A stretch of DNA of 64,000 bases from Azolla caroliniana (lineage: Eukaryota > Plantae > Polypodiophyta): assembly GCA_043228905.1 (NCBI GenBank), contig JBHGNT010000003.1:22196001-22260000 (forward strand). Reading direction: 5' to 3'. Shown one piece after another: positions 11,001 through 22,566 of the stretch. Position 1 is the stretch's first letter; every line of letters begins with the position of its first letter. The position numbers were made by a program, and so were the translations under genes. The notes below the pieces were generated by a model. That model did no database searches, was not told the DNA's origin, and saw only the letters and a list, made by a program, of their open reading frames with translations.

Positions 11001-12066
11001 GCTGTTTACCTGACATCTTGAGCTCAAAGCACGGAAGGCCAGACACAGAGAGTGCATCGATCACGGCAGCAATTACAGAGGGTGTCCTCTGCAATTCTCC
11101 TCCTAAGGAAAGACTGTATAATCGAGGAGGATCAGTGTACGGAGCAGAGGTGCTGCCAGCTGTCTCGCTGCTCGTCTTCTTCTTCTTCTTCTTCTTCTTC
11201 AAAGAGGATCGTACCAGCTGCTCCATCCAATCGATTATCTCCTCGTTTGTGATTTCGCTGTGTGCGTATAAAGTGAGCTCTTTGAGATACGGCCAGTGCT
11301 GCAGGAAACCTCTGCTCTCACTCCATTCAATGGATCCGGCATATATGTACAGTCTCTGGAGATTGGCCGCGAGCAGTGAATGTGAGGGATGAAGTCCTGC
11401 CAGTTTTGAAACGAAATTAAAAGTGGATACATCAAAATAATGAAGCTCAAGGTGGAGGCTAACGAGGGATGTGAATTGACTTAACACCTCAACGCACACT
11501 TCACTCATATGGCATTCCTGCAGGGAGAGATGCGTCAGGCCCTTGCTTTTCTTGAGGGCACTCAGAGTCTCGTAAGGGTCGAAGCCAATGGCTTTGATGA
11601 GGAGGCTCCTGGGGGTCTTATCGTGATCTGCAGCGTCAGAGAGGGCCTCCACCCAAGCCACATTTTCTTCTTCGGTGAGCAGAATCTCGCCGTCCAGGAG
11701 CAGATGGACTGCTCCCCTGCTAAAATTAGCGGCAGCCCTGAGGTAGTCCAGTCTCTGTTCCGCAGTGGCACCTCCCAAATCAAGCATCATGTCTCTGCTC
11801 CCCCACCATTCTCCTTCTTCTTCTCCTTCTTGGGCAGGATGCCAATAGTGTAAATTATTGTAAAATACAGAATTATCATAGATGATGAGGAAAAGGTTCT
11901 GAACATTCGACGCCTGAATGAGGTAAGAGTGCAGATTCAAGACATCGAGAGCCGCTCTGGATTTCTCGCACACTGCAAGAACTTCCTCTCTATTCCAGCC
12001 CTTCCAGAGGAGGCGGTGAGGTGGTGGAAGGTTCTCGTGATGTTGCGGGGCTGATGATGCAGCCAT
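8092..12066 (-). CDS. Intact, intronless TORNADO1-like LRR-Roc-COR (Roco family GTPase) protein, 1324 aa
   Basis: A few degenerate LRRs (LTHLSLQEC, LVSLHLEL, LQRLYIY, LKELTLY, LYSLSLGG). Roc motifs: G1 GDAYAGKTT, G2 RTEGIEV, G3 WDMAGQEEFHAFHD, G4-like VFTRTD. COR: IVLDPNWFCNKIMG..LFIPATL..YMGRRIEC..FLTPGLFP. Then a coiled coil and a TRN1-type C-terminus (QLPR..LCCE..H.VENQ.G..QVAWLC..H). Confidence 0.92.
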   Translation of the reverse strand: MAASSAPQHHENLPPPHRLLWKGWNREEVLAVCEKSRAALDVLNLHSYLIQASNVQNLFLIIYDNSVFYNNLHYWHPAQEGEEEGEWWGSRDMMLDLGGATAEQRLDYLRAAANFSRGAVHLLLDGEILLTEEENVAWVEALSDAADHDKTPRSLLIKAIGFDPYETLSALKKSKGLTHLSLQECHMSEVCVEVLSQFTSLVSLHLELHYFDVSTFNFVSKLAGLHPSHSLLAANLQRLYIYAGSIEWSESRGFLQHWPYLKELTLYAHSEITNEEIIDWMEQLVRSSLKKKKKKKKTSSETAGSTSAPYTDPPRLYSLSLGGELQRTPSVIAAVIDALSVSGLPCFELKMSGKQQIDYQMDYLDTVDLQRMTTHIKKKMDPAIEAQLKRNRSLFMLGDLEKVPAKSMRLFICGDAYAGKTTLLSTMHSIHARQRKRDKLKGLLTGRGRLIETMDRTEGIEVRAIQNDRIRLSLWDMAGQEEFHAFHDCMLPDIASSSYQAPSLFMFVWSPRKSKNSRAGPEAKTEQEFEVSFKYWLKFLASKSRKSNTPVKVIVVFTRTDQMKLIASAMSNTIGSLRSEFKEIIQIDDTTFEVDARNMDSVKCLSQHIFGIAEQMLEGVMVYDICTEVGQNLSKHLETSNQRIIPWSKFSEICKPIIPPILNEDEAKIVRGIASSLNESGIIIYVNNISHIVLDPNWFCNKIMGSLIHFRDRKENSNTMKINGFTNRRFLEDMLELVTKDEVKGSLLVDLMEAMHLCCRVPNNHDKSTRNEDRLFIPATLNLNPIGGRLFDGMDQQLKWRTLDTSTLDGCNPYVYMGRRIECENANLTFLTPGLFPMIQVVFNNIFQEEENAEINLSKDFISIYMQNMEIIVVFCKAKSDHVIDVLVRAANPNTQQSYVESNLDYVEENVINHLIKICAQPTGIQGVKLIESVIRPDSFHDPSKAEHREDQCVKMITLKQKLRRQLEQGKQECHVWKKSKYMDTCTTNSFIDILGSKNYSEVIMPCKAWLEEVKDILSEMDDVNGYKQKESHCSVSMTNLKNSQDVEMQEDEYSKRTITEEITEKITRALKPEFNLVKEMVAANYQQILSMRKKLEEIHSDLKDMREDVLSKVQKAIDKLLNFVMEAEAEKQLPRFVILTSDGVNNIRKLVTTVSGGHVSSIRVQLCCEDRMSPHPVENQRGITITSFSEPLREGLERALPYVNGLVWILTTAAKLGINFVIPIAGAFTQDLSLAQLKLPKKYPLPAPSSSISHVRPTILQSSKNWQKCLALILKDKYGGVTNEIIFDNFQLKRVTYKEEGSNIQVAWLCDKHYREQTPFPLD

Positions 12067-14002
12067 GTAATTGAAAACTAACAGATGTATGAATAGTAAT
12101 AATACTAATCAATGATTTGGGAATCAACCAAATCAACTTATTTAAGAGACTAATCAGTGTGTGTATGTGCCTGTGTGCCTGTGTGCCTGTGTGTGTATGT
12201 ATGTACCAATCCCAAACTGATTAAGGTATCCAAGCTTCAAGTCACTTATTTGGCTGCAGACAGAAATGGGTAGATACTTTAATAATGACCGCTTATACTA
12301 GTTCACAGCAGTAGGCGCAGATTGGGAATAGTAAGCGCTGACCTTCACCCAATGGCAACCAAGTTGGGATCAAAGCAAACTAGAAAATGGAAAAGCATTA
12401 TTCCGATCCATTTAAGTGTAAATTACGACAGAAGATAAGAGCTTTCTTCTATACTGGTGTGTAGATGATTCTATCTTGGTTTCTTTTGATCTTAATAATT
12501 ACAGAGCTGATACGGTCATTGGGTGTGACATTATCACTAATTCTGTGTATGGTATTGGAATGATGCATGCAGCCTCCTCATCCACAGCTACATCCTATTG
12601 GGATGCTATGGATCCCCAAGGATGTCAACAGATGTATCAATCATTATTATTATTATTATTATTATTATTGTTAGATATATAATCACTCAGATTGACAGAT
12701 AATCAAGAGAATCAGTGTTTATGTAAAGTTGAGATTTAAGTAATAAAGCTTATACATGCATACTTGCAAGAGCAGCGGCAGAAGAGATTGGATGTGTGCT
12801 GAACGAAAAGAATAGAAATTTTGACATTAAACCATTACAATATAAATAAAGAGTTAAGAGATATTATCTGTAAAGCCTAAAAGCCTGGAGGTATATTGAT
12901 TGAAAGTAAGCCTTAGTGACAGATAACACAATGAGGGGCATCGATTACAAGTTGAGTGCAGAATGGGCGAGTGCAAGCTGTTCATCGCTCTTATACTAAT
13001 CAAGATTATACAATCAATCACGCCAAATAATGACTCCTATATGAGAGAAGGTGATTGGTATTGTTATATGGAGGAGCTAGATTTACCAATGATGTATATA
13101 TGTGTTGTATTGAGAGAGAGAGAGAGACTGATGTCGTGTGAACGGGACTGTTGAAAAGGGCCAATATTGAAGTCAACTTCAGCGCAAAGTATAGATTCTG
13201 ATTAACTTACTCAAGGTGTCACATGCCTCACCCCTTTATGTACATTGTATATCAGTTTTGCTTGTCTAAACGTAACATTTGGCAGCAGATTGGGAATTAT
13301 AATATCCTCTCGTACTAAACTTTGACCTTCCACCAATTTCAAGTTGGGATGAAAGCAAGCTACAAAATGGAAATGCGTTTTTCCAATCTATATATACGTC
13401 TAAATTACGACATGAGACGATGACAAAAATAGATGAGAACTATCTTCTATACTAGTGTATAGACTATTTATGCAGTGGAAACATATTCTACACAAGCTAT
13501 TTCCATATAACAATTATTTAATTTTGGCTGAGAATTTTTATTTAAGAATTCATCAACTAAGCTTCTAAATCTTTATGCCCTACACAACATGTGGAGATAC
13601 CTTAAATAAACCATTATTGCTACGTATATGAAACAATAATGCAGAGTTGATGATAAACGTTTAAGCATACCATCAATAATTGAAGGATAGGATTCTCTAA
13701 TGGAAATTCAAGGTAAAAGCATGTCTGTTCTTCTTTGTTGCCATCAAAAGGTAAGATCTAGCAAGAGTTTGGTATGATATTCACTTCTTGCATACATATT
13801 AGAATACATATTAGATGATATTCTAAAATTGTGTGAGAATACATATTAGAAGTGTTCTTGCATTCTATATTTTATGTGAGCAATTTGTGAATAAAAAATC
13901 AACAATCTGATGCGAAATTCCTTTAGCATATCGCACAAATTTTGTGATAATATATCTAATGTGATCCTTCCTTTCCTTCTGTTGCCTACCTTATACCTTA
14001 CT

Positions 14003-14125
14003 GATGAGGCCGGGATGATGATGCAGCCGCCATGTAATTGATGCTAACAGATGTATGAAGAAGTATAAGAATAATCAATGCTTTGGGAATCAACCAAACC
14101 AATTCAATTAAGACAATAATCAGTG
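14003..14125 (-). pseudogene. Short 5' snippet (leader + first codons) of a Roco paralog
   Basis: gatgatgatgcagccgccatgtaattga..acagatgtatgaa..taatcaatg.tttgggaatcaaccaaa matches 12050-12135 and 22555-22584. Confidence 0.75.
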
Positions 14126-14131
14126 GGAATC

Positions 14132-15255
14132 AGGACGTGGTGGCTTCCGAGGTGGAAATAGAGGAGGGCCGAAGCTACTATGGAGGAGGAAGAGGAAATG
14201 TATAGGAGGACGAGGAAGGTGTACCTCACGGTATCCACAATCTTACAAATGCATGCAACCAATTACAACGCATTACCACATCTTACTTTTAAATTTCAGC
14301 AACATGATTTCACTAATTTCCTTTGTTTACATTTCAGTTTTCTTTTCGAACTGTTATGATTTAGGTTTTTTGGTTCGTCGTGATTTTTATCTCATGACCT
14401 TTTCTTTGTTTGTCATGGTGTTAATCTCCATGACCTCTAGTAACTATGCCACTGTAGTCTTTTAGATTTGCAAATAGGGGGCTGTTTATAATGGTTTTTT
14501 CAGTTGGTGTTTCCTCTTACCAGATAAAAGTCAGATCTAGGTTTTGGTCTCCCTGGGCCATGTTTAAGCTTCTTATGGCCAGCCTAAAGAAGAAGTGATA
14601 ACTTGAGTTTCTCTTAATCAAGTTGTTGAGCTTTCAGGTTTGGCAAAGACTTGTCAGAAATATGATTCACCTACCTATTGTTCAGGGTTTAGGGTTAGTG
14701 TTTAAACAGCAGGGTAACGGTGAATATATATGTGCTGCTGCAATATAAACGAATCAAAAGATTACATATTTGTTTTTTGTTTGTTAATTTTCCCTTTTGT
14801 TAATTAGCGAGAATTTAATTGTGTGAGGTAATTGTAGGAGATCTTAGTGACCTCAGCTTTATCTAAGGTAGAAAGTATGTCCAAGATGAAAAGCTTTTCA
14901 GGAATATGGAAATGTGAAGCTAATGAAGTGGGTTACCATTGAACAATAAAGATTGAAATACCATAATGTTTGTGTAATGTCAATGGCAAAGATGGTATGG
15001 CTATAGTTTTTAGTTTGTTAGATTTCTGTTTGGATGGTGAATGTTTTAATCTGATGTGGAAAGTCTATCCAAAATGAAGCTCTTTCAGGATTTGAGCATA
15101 TACATATATTGAAGTGCTAGAACAGTAAATGCTGAAACACCAAGATGCTTGTGTAGTATATCAATCAGAAAGATTATAGGTTTTAGTTTGTTTCCTTATT
15201 CTCGTTTATTCATTGGTTTTGTTTATTTATTTATTACTCTCAAATGTGGTCTCAC
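14132..15255 (+). pseudogene. DCP5: Second copy of the DCP5 last exon (RGG tail) and ~1 kb of downstream sequence; duplicate of ~6620-7735
   Basis: ggtggcttccgaggtggaaatagaggagg..ggtatccacaatcttac..and a long collinear match to 6620-7735, ending at ttactctcaaatgtggtc. Confidence 0.8.
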
Positions 15256-15690
15256 ACAGTCAAATGTCGTCTCTTTGGAGGGTAAATGAATGAACTAATT
15301 GTTTGTGGTTCCGTTGAACTAATTAATTAACATACACTTGTAATATAGATTCATTAGTCTTATGATGTATTCCATGATTGTCTGTGCGAATTTTTTTTGG
15401 TTGTGTTAAACTCATTTCTGTTACATCCACAACAAAGATAATTATGATTAGGCATAACATTGCCGTGGGATTCATTATTGAGAATATACAGATGTAAATA
15501 TTGGAACAAAGAGCTATAAATATGTATGTAAATAATTTCTGCATTATAATGTTACTTTTTAGAGGGAATTATAAGTATGATAAATGTTGAAGCTAGAAAT
15601 AGAAGGAATTGTTACTAGGATTTTTGCTGGTCATACTCGTAATACATGAACATGGAACAAATGATAAGGACTGTTGACTTTTAAGCGCCC

Positions 15691-16454
15691 TGATATGTTT
15701 ACAGACAGAGAGACAAACAGAAAATAAACTGAGACGACACAAACAAGAATTCAGAATACACGTGATTTACGTGGAGAACCTGAAACCAGGGGAAAACCAC
15801 AGATCAGCAAAAATTTCCACTATGGATCAAGAGTATACAAATCGATTACAAAGTTCCTTAGCTTTATAGGAGAAAGACTCAAATCTCAGAGAATACCGCA
15901 ATAGCATGGAGGAGACAAAACATCTCTCAACAAGAGTACATGAATTGACCAAACCTGTGTAGGTATAGGTGCACTCCCAGGTCGTCGTCGGAAACTAAGA
16001 CTGAGGTTTCAGCCAGATCTTCGTTTGTCTGCCTCTTTCACCTCCTTCTGTTTTATTCTTCCTCTGTCTCTCGCGCACTCTCTGTTGGACTCTCTGCTCA
16101 CAGTCGCTCACATGTATGTTACTGTCTTACGATTTACCACTTTCTTTCTGTCTTTTCGCACTGTCTTCTTCTTCTCTCTTTTCAATCGCTCTACTCACGC
16201 GCGCTTGCACGCTCTATTTCTGCTTTCTCACACTCAGCGATAATAAATCAACAGTTTGGACCGACTGGTCGGTTCGACTATCCGACCCATAGTTCGACCA
16301 TCTGGTCCATCCGACCAATTGATCCAACTAGTCAGCCCTCAATGACCTACAATTCGGTTCGACCCTCAATTCAATTGACTGACTGGTCAAAACGACCGAC
16401 CAGCTAGCATTCGGCCACCGACTCCTCCCATCAGGAGGGACACAATACCTAACA
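15691..16454 (-). mobile_element. Solo LTR (764 bp) with a 5-bp target-site duplication
   Basis: Begins TGata, ends taaCA, flanked by CGCCC at 15686-15690 and 16455-16459. Internal minus-strand gtggttttcccc..ggttctccacgtaaatc is typical of copia LTRs. No internal domain. Confidence 0.88.
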
Positions 16455-16922
16455 CGCCCAACATTACGAAGTACCATGGTGACATCTTCAATCCACCCTT
16501 CGTTCAGCCCGAAATCCATCAACATTTCCTTCTGTTGCCTATCTTATACCTCAAGGTACTCTCTTAGGATCTCGTGACATGAACATGGAATATTTTATAA
16601 GCACCATAGTGCATAATATACTTGAATGCATTGGCAAACATTCTTTTTCACATGAATGCCTATGTTATCAAACCATTCTTATGCTTTTTTCTACACTTTT
16701 TAACTTAAATTTCTTACCTTAAAAAAAATTACCTTATAATAAATAATTAATGACAAAAGTATGGTATTTGCCATACTTCAAGGGTGTTTACCATACTCGA
16801 ATACAAATGCATGTATGGTACATATGGTTCATCCTATGATAAGGACTCTTGACTTTTGGTAGCCCACTTACAAAGTATCATGCTGACATCTTCAATCCAC
16901 TCTTCGAACAAATTGTATATGT

Positions 16923-18290
16923 TCACCTCGATATGTGAGCATAGGGTAATGATGAGGTTGGATCGTTTGCACTACCGTCATTTTTTGTTTTCTCCACATT
17001 CAATGCTACTCCACTACTACGACAAAATTCTTCTAATACCCCAAGTAAATGTTGCATGCTATCGACATCATATGAGAAGAGTACCACATCATCTGCATAT
17101 AGATGCAATAAGATAAGATGTTGCATTAATTTGGGGGCAGTCAAGCCTTCTTCACTTGCAACCTTATTCACTACTTCTAATTTATCAATACATAAGCCAA
17201 AGAGTGTAGGTGATAATGGACATCCTTGCTTGACCCCCATGTTACGTAAAAAGTGCTTTCAGAATCCACTATCCATTTTTAGTTGGCATTTAACTTGTTT
17301 ATATAGGCGTGCAACAGCAACTCGGTACTCTAATGGCATGTCAATCTCTACCATTCTATTCCAAAGCTCACTTCGTGGTACAATATCAAAAGCTTTCTTA
17401 AAATCAACAAAACAATAATAAAGTGTTTTTCCTTGTCGACTCTCTTCCATGATTACTCTCAATGTGATCAAAGGATTCACAATGCAGTGTTTTGATCTAA
17501 ATCCTGCTTGTCCAAGTGCTCTTTTGCTTGTACTTTCAACCCATGTGTTTATCTTTTGCTCCATAATAGTCCTATATCATTTAGCAATAGTTGAGCTCAC
17601 CATTATTGTACGATAATTTGATACTTGATTTCTTATCTCCGGGTTTAAATATTGGTTTAATCCAATTCATAAGCCAATCATTTGGAAATCCTTGTTTTAT
17701 AGCTTGCTCTATAATTGTCAGTATCTAATGACGAGTATGTGGCATTGTCCATTTTAAAAGCTCACTTGAGATGTAGGTTGCATATGCTACTTTCCCACAC
17801 GGCACTTTCTTTATTCCCTTATTGACATCATCAATATCGATACATGTAGTGCATGGTGTTTCAATTTTATCAACCATAGGAGCCACACCTTCATGCATAT
17901 ATAACCTTTGTACATAGTCTTAACATCTCTTCATTTGTAAAGTGACCTTTGACATCTTCTTTCTTACCCGTGAGTTGTCCCCATTTTAATTTTGGTTTGA
18001 GCTTAAATAAGTTTTTATTTTTCATCTCTTGCATTTGGAAATATCTTCTCTTCTTTCTCCTCTCTACTTTCTTATATAGGTGCCATGCAACAATCTTTTC
18101 ATTTTCCCCTTCCATGGACTTAAACCATTTGAGATACATTTTACATTCATCGTCGAACCAAGAATTAAATGGAAAACGACACATCTTATGCCCACCCACA
18201 TGCCTCTTAAAGTATTGATATCCAACCTTAAATATGATATCCTTCAAATGTTACCAATTTTCTTTAACATTGTTGCTTAGCGAAAAAATA
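16923..18290 (-). mobile_element. Degenerate non-LTR retrotransposon (LINE) reverse transcriptase fragment
   Basis: QAGFRSKH..YCFVDFKKAFDIVPR, GVKQGCPLSPTLFGLCID, LYADDVVL and upstream WFDDECK, split over several frames by stops and frameshifts. Confidence 0.9.
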
Positions 18291-19883
18291 GAATATCCAT
18301 ACCTTAAGCTACATCATTGAGTCCTAAACCCTTATTCCATGGATATCCTCTACAATTCCAAAACATTACTTTCAATCATAAAGCACTTATAGTCCCATAG
18401 GTCGTTGCTTGCTTGAGAGAGAGAGAGAGAGAGAGCAAGGTCAATATGTGGCATTGGAGAAAGGAGAAGGATTTCATCGACTCGAGCCCAAACTTCCTCG
18501 ACTCAAGCTTAAGTTTTGTAAACTCCCTTGAGTCAAGCCTAAGACCCCTCAACTTAGGTCTAAGCTTCCTCAAGGTTATCCTAAGCTTTCTTGAGTAGGG
18601 CGTAAGTTGTCTTCGATTCCAGTCTATGCTTTCCTTGATTTGAGCCTAAGCTTCCTTTTACTTGAGCCTAAAGCTTTCCTCAATTGGAGCCGGATATCCT
18701 TGCTTCAAGTCTTACTTTGACTTGAATAAAATCTTCAATCTTGACACTTATATGACACAAAGAAAATAAAGAGGGGAAAATTACTCGATGTAGCCTGTGA
18801 AGGGGTTTAAAAATCCTCTCCCATAACATCACGCCCTCCAACCCGATTGTGAGTTATCAAATATTGTTTTTCATCTACATTTAGTATTGTCTTTAATCTA
18901 GCTTTGTTGTCCAGTTTCTACCATTCCTTCCATTGTCAATTTTTAGGTTCTCGACTAGTGCCAATTGTAACTTCAAGTAGAAGTTCCATCTAAGTCATCA
19001 CTGTTTTGTAGTTTGGCTCTATTAGTTTATTGTAGTGTTAGGAGGTAATCTTAACAAATCCATCCATCACTTAAGGTTAAGGTATAAGGGTGTACCATGT
19101 GACCTCCACCACCACTTAATACTATTTTATTTATGTATCTAATGTAGACTAGCCTAAGGTATATGAACTATCTATTTTAACACGATTTGGCATGGCTCAA
19201 ACCGAACAAAACCGACCTTAAATAGGTTAAAGAAGCGCAAGCCTAAATCAAGCTGAGTTGATTAGGCAAATAGTTTAATAATAGTTTAAAGGTTCAGTTC
19301 CAACTTGAGCCGAACTGTCGTTGACTCCTAGGTAATGCCACATTTTGTTGCAGTCTATGTACAATGTTCAAAGTGATTACTGAGGATTGAGACATGGACT
19401 TATTTAATGAGAGATTAGTTATTTAGATAGCATTAGTTGTCACATTCGACACAAATTATAGATTAACTTGGATCAAGCCTAAAGAAAACATCAAGGCAAT
19501 GACAAAACTAAACTAAATTTTGTGATAGCATATCTAATGTGATCCTAAAATAAATGAAATATGTGCATAACACACCGTCAAGAAAGGGTTTAGAAAGAAG
19601 CATCATTCGTGAGATTTGAGCTAGGATATGTATTTTCTTGTGTCATTATAAGAAAAAACATGAAAAATAAAGGTGAAAAACCTCCAACCATTCCAAGTAA
19701 AAAAAACCTCATCATTTTATTGACACTAACACAAAAGTGATTGTTTAAATATATATAAGCATGCAAGCCTTTAGTTAAGAAATAAACAGAAATTTCCAAT
19801 AACATTTGCAAGTCCTAGGCATTTCAAACCAATGTGATCCTTCTTGCCTTTTGTATTTCAAAGCTCCTTAGGTAGGACAAAAT

Positions 19884-22534
19884 TTAATCTAGGGGGAATG
19901 GTGTATGTTCTCGATAGTGTTTGTCACATAATCATGCGACCTGAATATTACTACCTTCTTCCTTGTAGGTGGCACGCTTGAGATGAAACTTATTGGATAT
20001 GATTTCGTTCGTGACACCCCCGTATTTGTCCGTCAATATTAATGCCAAGCATTTCTGCCATTCTTTTGAAGACTGCAATACTGTTGGCCGAACGTGAGAG
20101 ATGCTTGATGATGGTGCAGGTAAAGGGTAGTTATTTGGCAATTTAAGTTGGGCAAATGAATTAATTATCTTGTATAAAAGTACCTGCAATGGGAATGACA
20201 GAGTTAATGCCGAACTTAGCAGCTGTAGTCAATATCCAAACTAAACCATTAACATATGGAAGAGCGCTCTCCAGCCCCTCTCTAAGAGGCTCTGAGAAAG
20301 AGGTAATTGTGATGCCACGTTGGTTTTCCACTGGATGCGGGCACGTTTTGTCCTCACAATAGAGATGAACCCGTAGAGATGAAACATGGCCACCTGATAT
20401 TGTAGTCACCAGCTTCCTTATATTGTTCACACCATCACTAGTAAGGATGAAGAAACGAGGTAGCTGCTTCTCAGCCTCAGATTCCATGACAAACTTTAGT
20501 AACTTGTCTACAGCTTTTTGAACCTTGCTCAGCACATCTTCCCTCATATCTTTAAGGTCACTATGTATTTCTTCTAATTTCTTACGCATGCTGAAGATCC
20601 GCTGATGATTGGCAGCAACCATTTTCTTCACCGAATTAAATTTGGGTTCTAAGGCCCATGTAATCTCCTTCGTTGTAACTGTTCTCTTGCAATATTCATC
20701 CTCTTGCATTGCTACATCTTGGCTATTCTTCAAGTTAGTCATGGACACACTACAATGACTTTGATATTGCTTGTATCCATTGACATCATCCATCTTCGAC
20801 AATACATCTTTCACCTCCTCTAGCCATGCTCTACAAGTCGTGATGACCTCCGAATAATTCTTGGAACCAAGTATATCAATGAATGAGTTTGTTGTACATG
20901 TACCCATATACTTACTTTTCTTCCAAACATGACATTCTTGCTCACCTTTCTCAAGTTGCCTCCTCAAAATTTCCTTCAAAGTAGTGATTTTCACACACTG
21001 ATCTTCTCTATGTTCAACCTTTGATCGGTCATTGAAAGAGTCGGGTCGAATAACACTCTCAATCAACTTAACCCCTTGGATGCCAGTGGATTGTGCATAT
21101 ATTTTGATCAAGTGGTTGATGACATTCTCTTCAACATACTCTAAATTGCCTTTCATACATGTATGTTGAGTATTAGGATTTGCCACCCGAACGAACACAT
21201 CTATCACATGGTCTGATTTTGCTTTACAGAACACCACGAGGATCTCCATGTTTCGCACAAAGATGGAAATGAAATCTTTCCCAAGAATTATATTAGCATT
21301 ACCATCTTCTTGGAAAGTATTGTTAAATACCACTTGAATTCTTGGGAACAATCCTGGTGTGAGGAAGGTGAGGTTTGTGTTTTCACATTCTAGTCTTCTA
21401 CCCATATACACATATGGATTACATCCATCTGAAATGCTTGTGTCTGAGGTTCTCCATTTGAGTCGTCGATCCATACCAGCAAACAATCCTCCTCCTATGG
21501 GATCTAATGTCAATGTGGTTGGGATGAAGAGCCTATCCTTACTCTTGGTTGACTTGTCATGGTTATCGGGACCTTGCAACAAAGGTGCATTGCTTCCATC
21601 AAATCTACCAACAAAGACCCCTTCACTTCATCTTTGGTGACAAGTTCCAAAGTATCTTCTAGGAAACGTCGATTTGTAAACCCATTAATTTTCATAGTAT
21701 TCAATTTTTCCTTGCGATCTCGAAAATGAATTAAACTTCCCATGATTTTACTGCAAAACCAGTTGGGGTCAAGAACGATATGTGATATATTGTTTACATA
21801 TATGATGATCCCCGACTCATTTAAAGATGAGGCAATTCCTCGTACAATTTTGGCTTCATCCTCATTTAAATTAGGACATAATATAGGCTTACAGATTTCA
21901 CTAAACTTGGACCATGTAATGATTCGTTGGTTTGATGTATGTAAATGCTTTGATATATGTTGGCCTACCTCTGAGCAGATATCATAAACCATAACACCTT
22001 GAAGCATTTGCTTGGTGATGCCGAAGATATGTTGGGAGAGATGTTTAACTGAATCCATGTTTCTTGCATCCACTTCGAAAGTGGTGTCTTCTATTTGAAT
22101 GACCGCTTCGAACTCGGATCGAAGTGAACCGATTGTATTTGACACGGCACTTGCAATGAGCTTCATTTGATGGGTGCGGGTGAATACTACAATCACTTTA
22201 AGAGGAGTCTTGGATTTGCGGGTTTTAGAGGCAAGGAACTTGAGCCAATACCTGAACCTCACTTCAAATTCTTGCTCTATTCTCTCTTCCGGTCCGGTTC
22301 TGCTGTTTTGGCTGTTCATGGGACTCCACACAAACATGAACAAAGATGGGGCTTGGTAATCTGAGCTGGATGCAATGTCTGGGAGCATACAGTCATGGTA
22401 GTCTTCTCCGCATATGCATCTCCACAGATTAACAGCGCCATCGACTTCTCGCATGCTGCAACAACTTCCTCCCTTCTCCACTTCTTACGGATGAGACGGT
22501 GCGGTGGCAGAAGGTTCTCGTACTCATGAGGCTG

Positions 22535-22566
<32 letters not shown>

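Noticed and set aside
8309-11853. Numerous plus-strand ORFs overlapping the Roco gene
   Set aside because: Antisense shadows of a long coding sequence, with no independent motifs.
8092-12066. Assigning the symbol TRN1, or calling the gene a horizontal transfer because it lacks introns
   Set aside because: The architecture is TRN1-like, but orthology needs a phylogeny, and intron absence alone is not evidence of transfer.
14684-14697. Telomere-like gggtttagggttag
   Set aside because: Only two units; not a meaningful interstitial telomere array.
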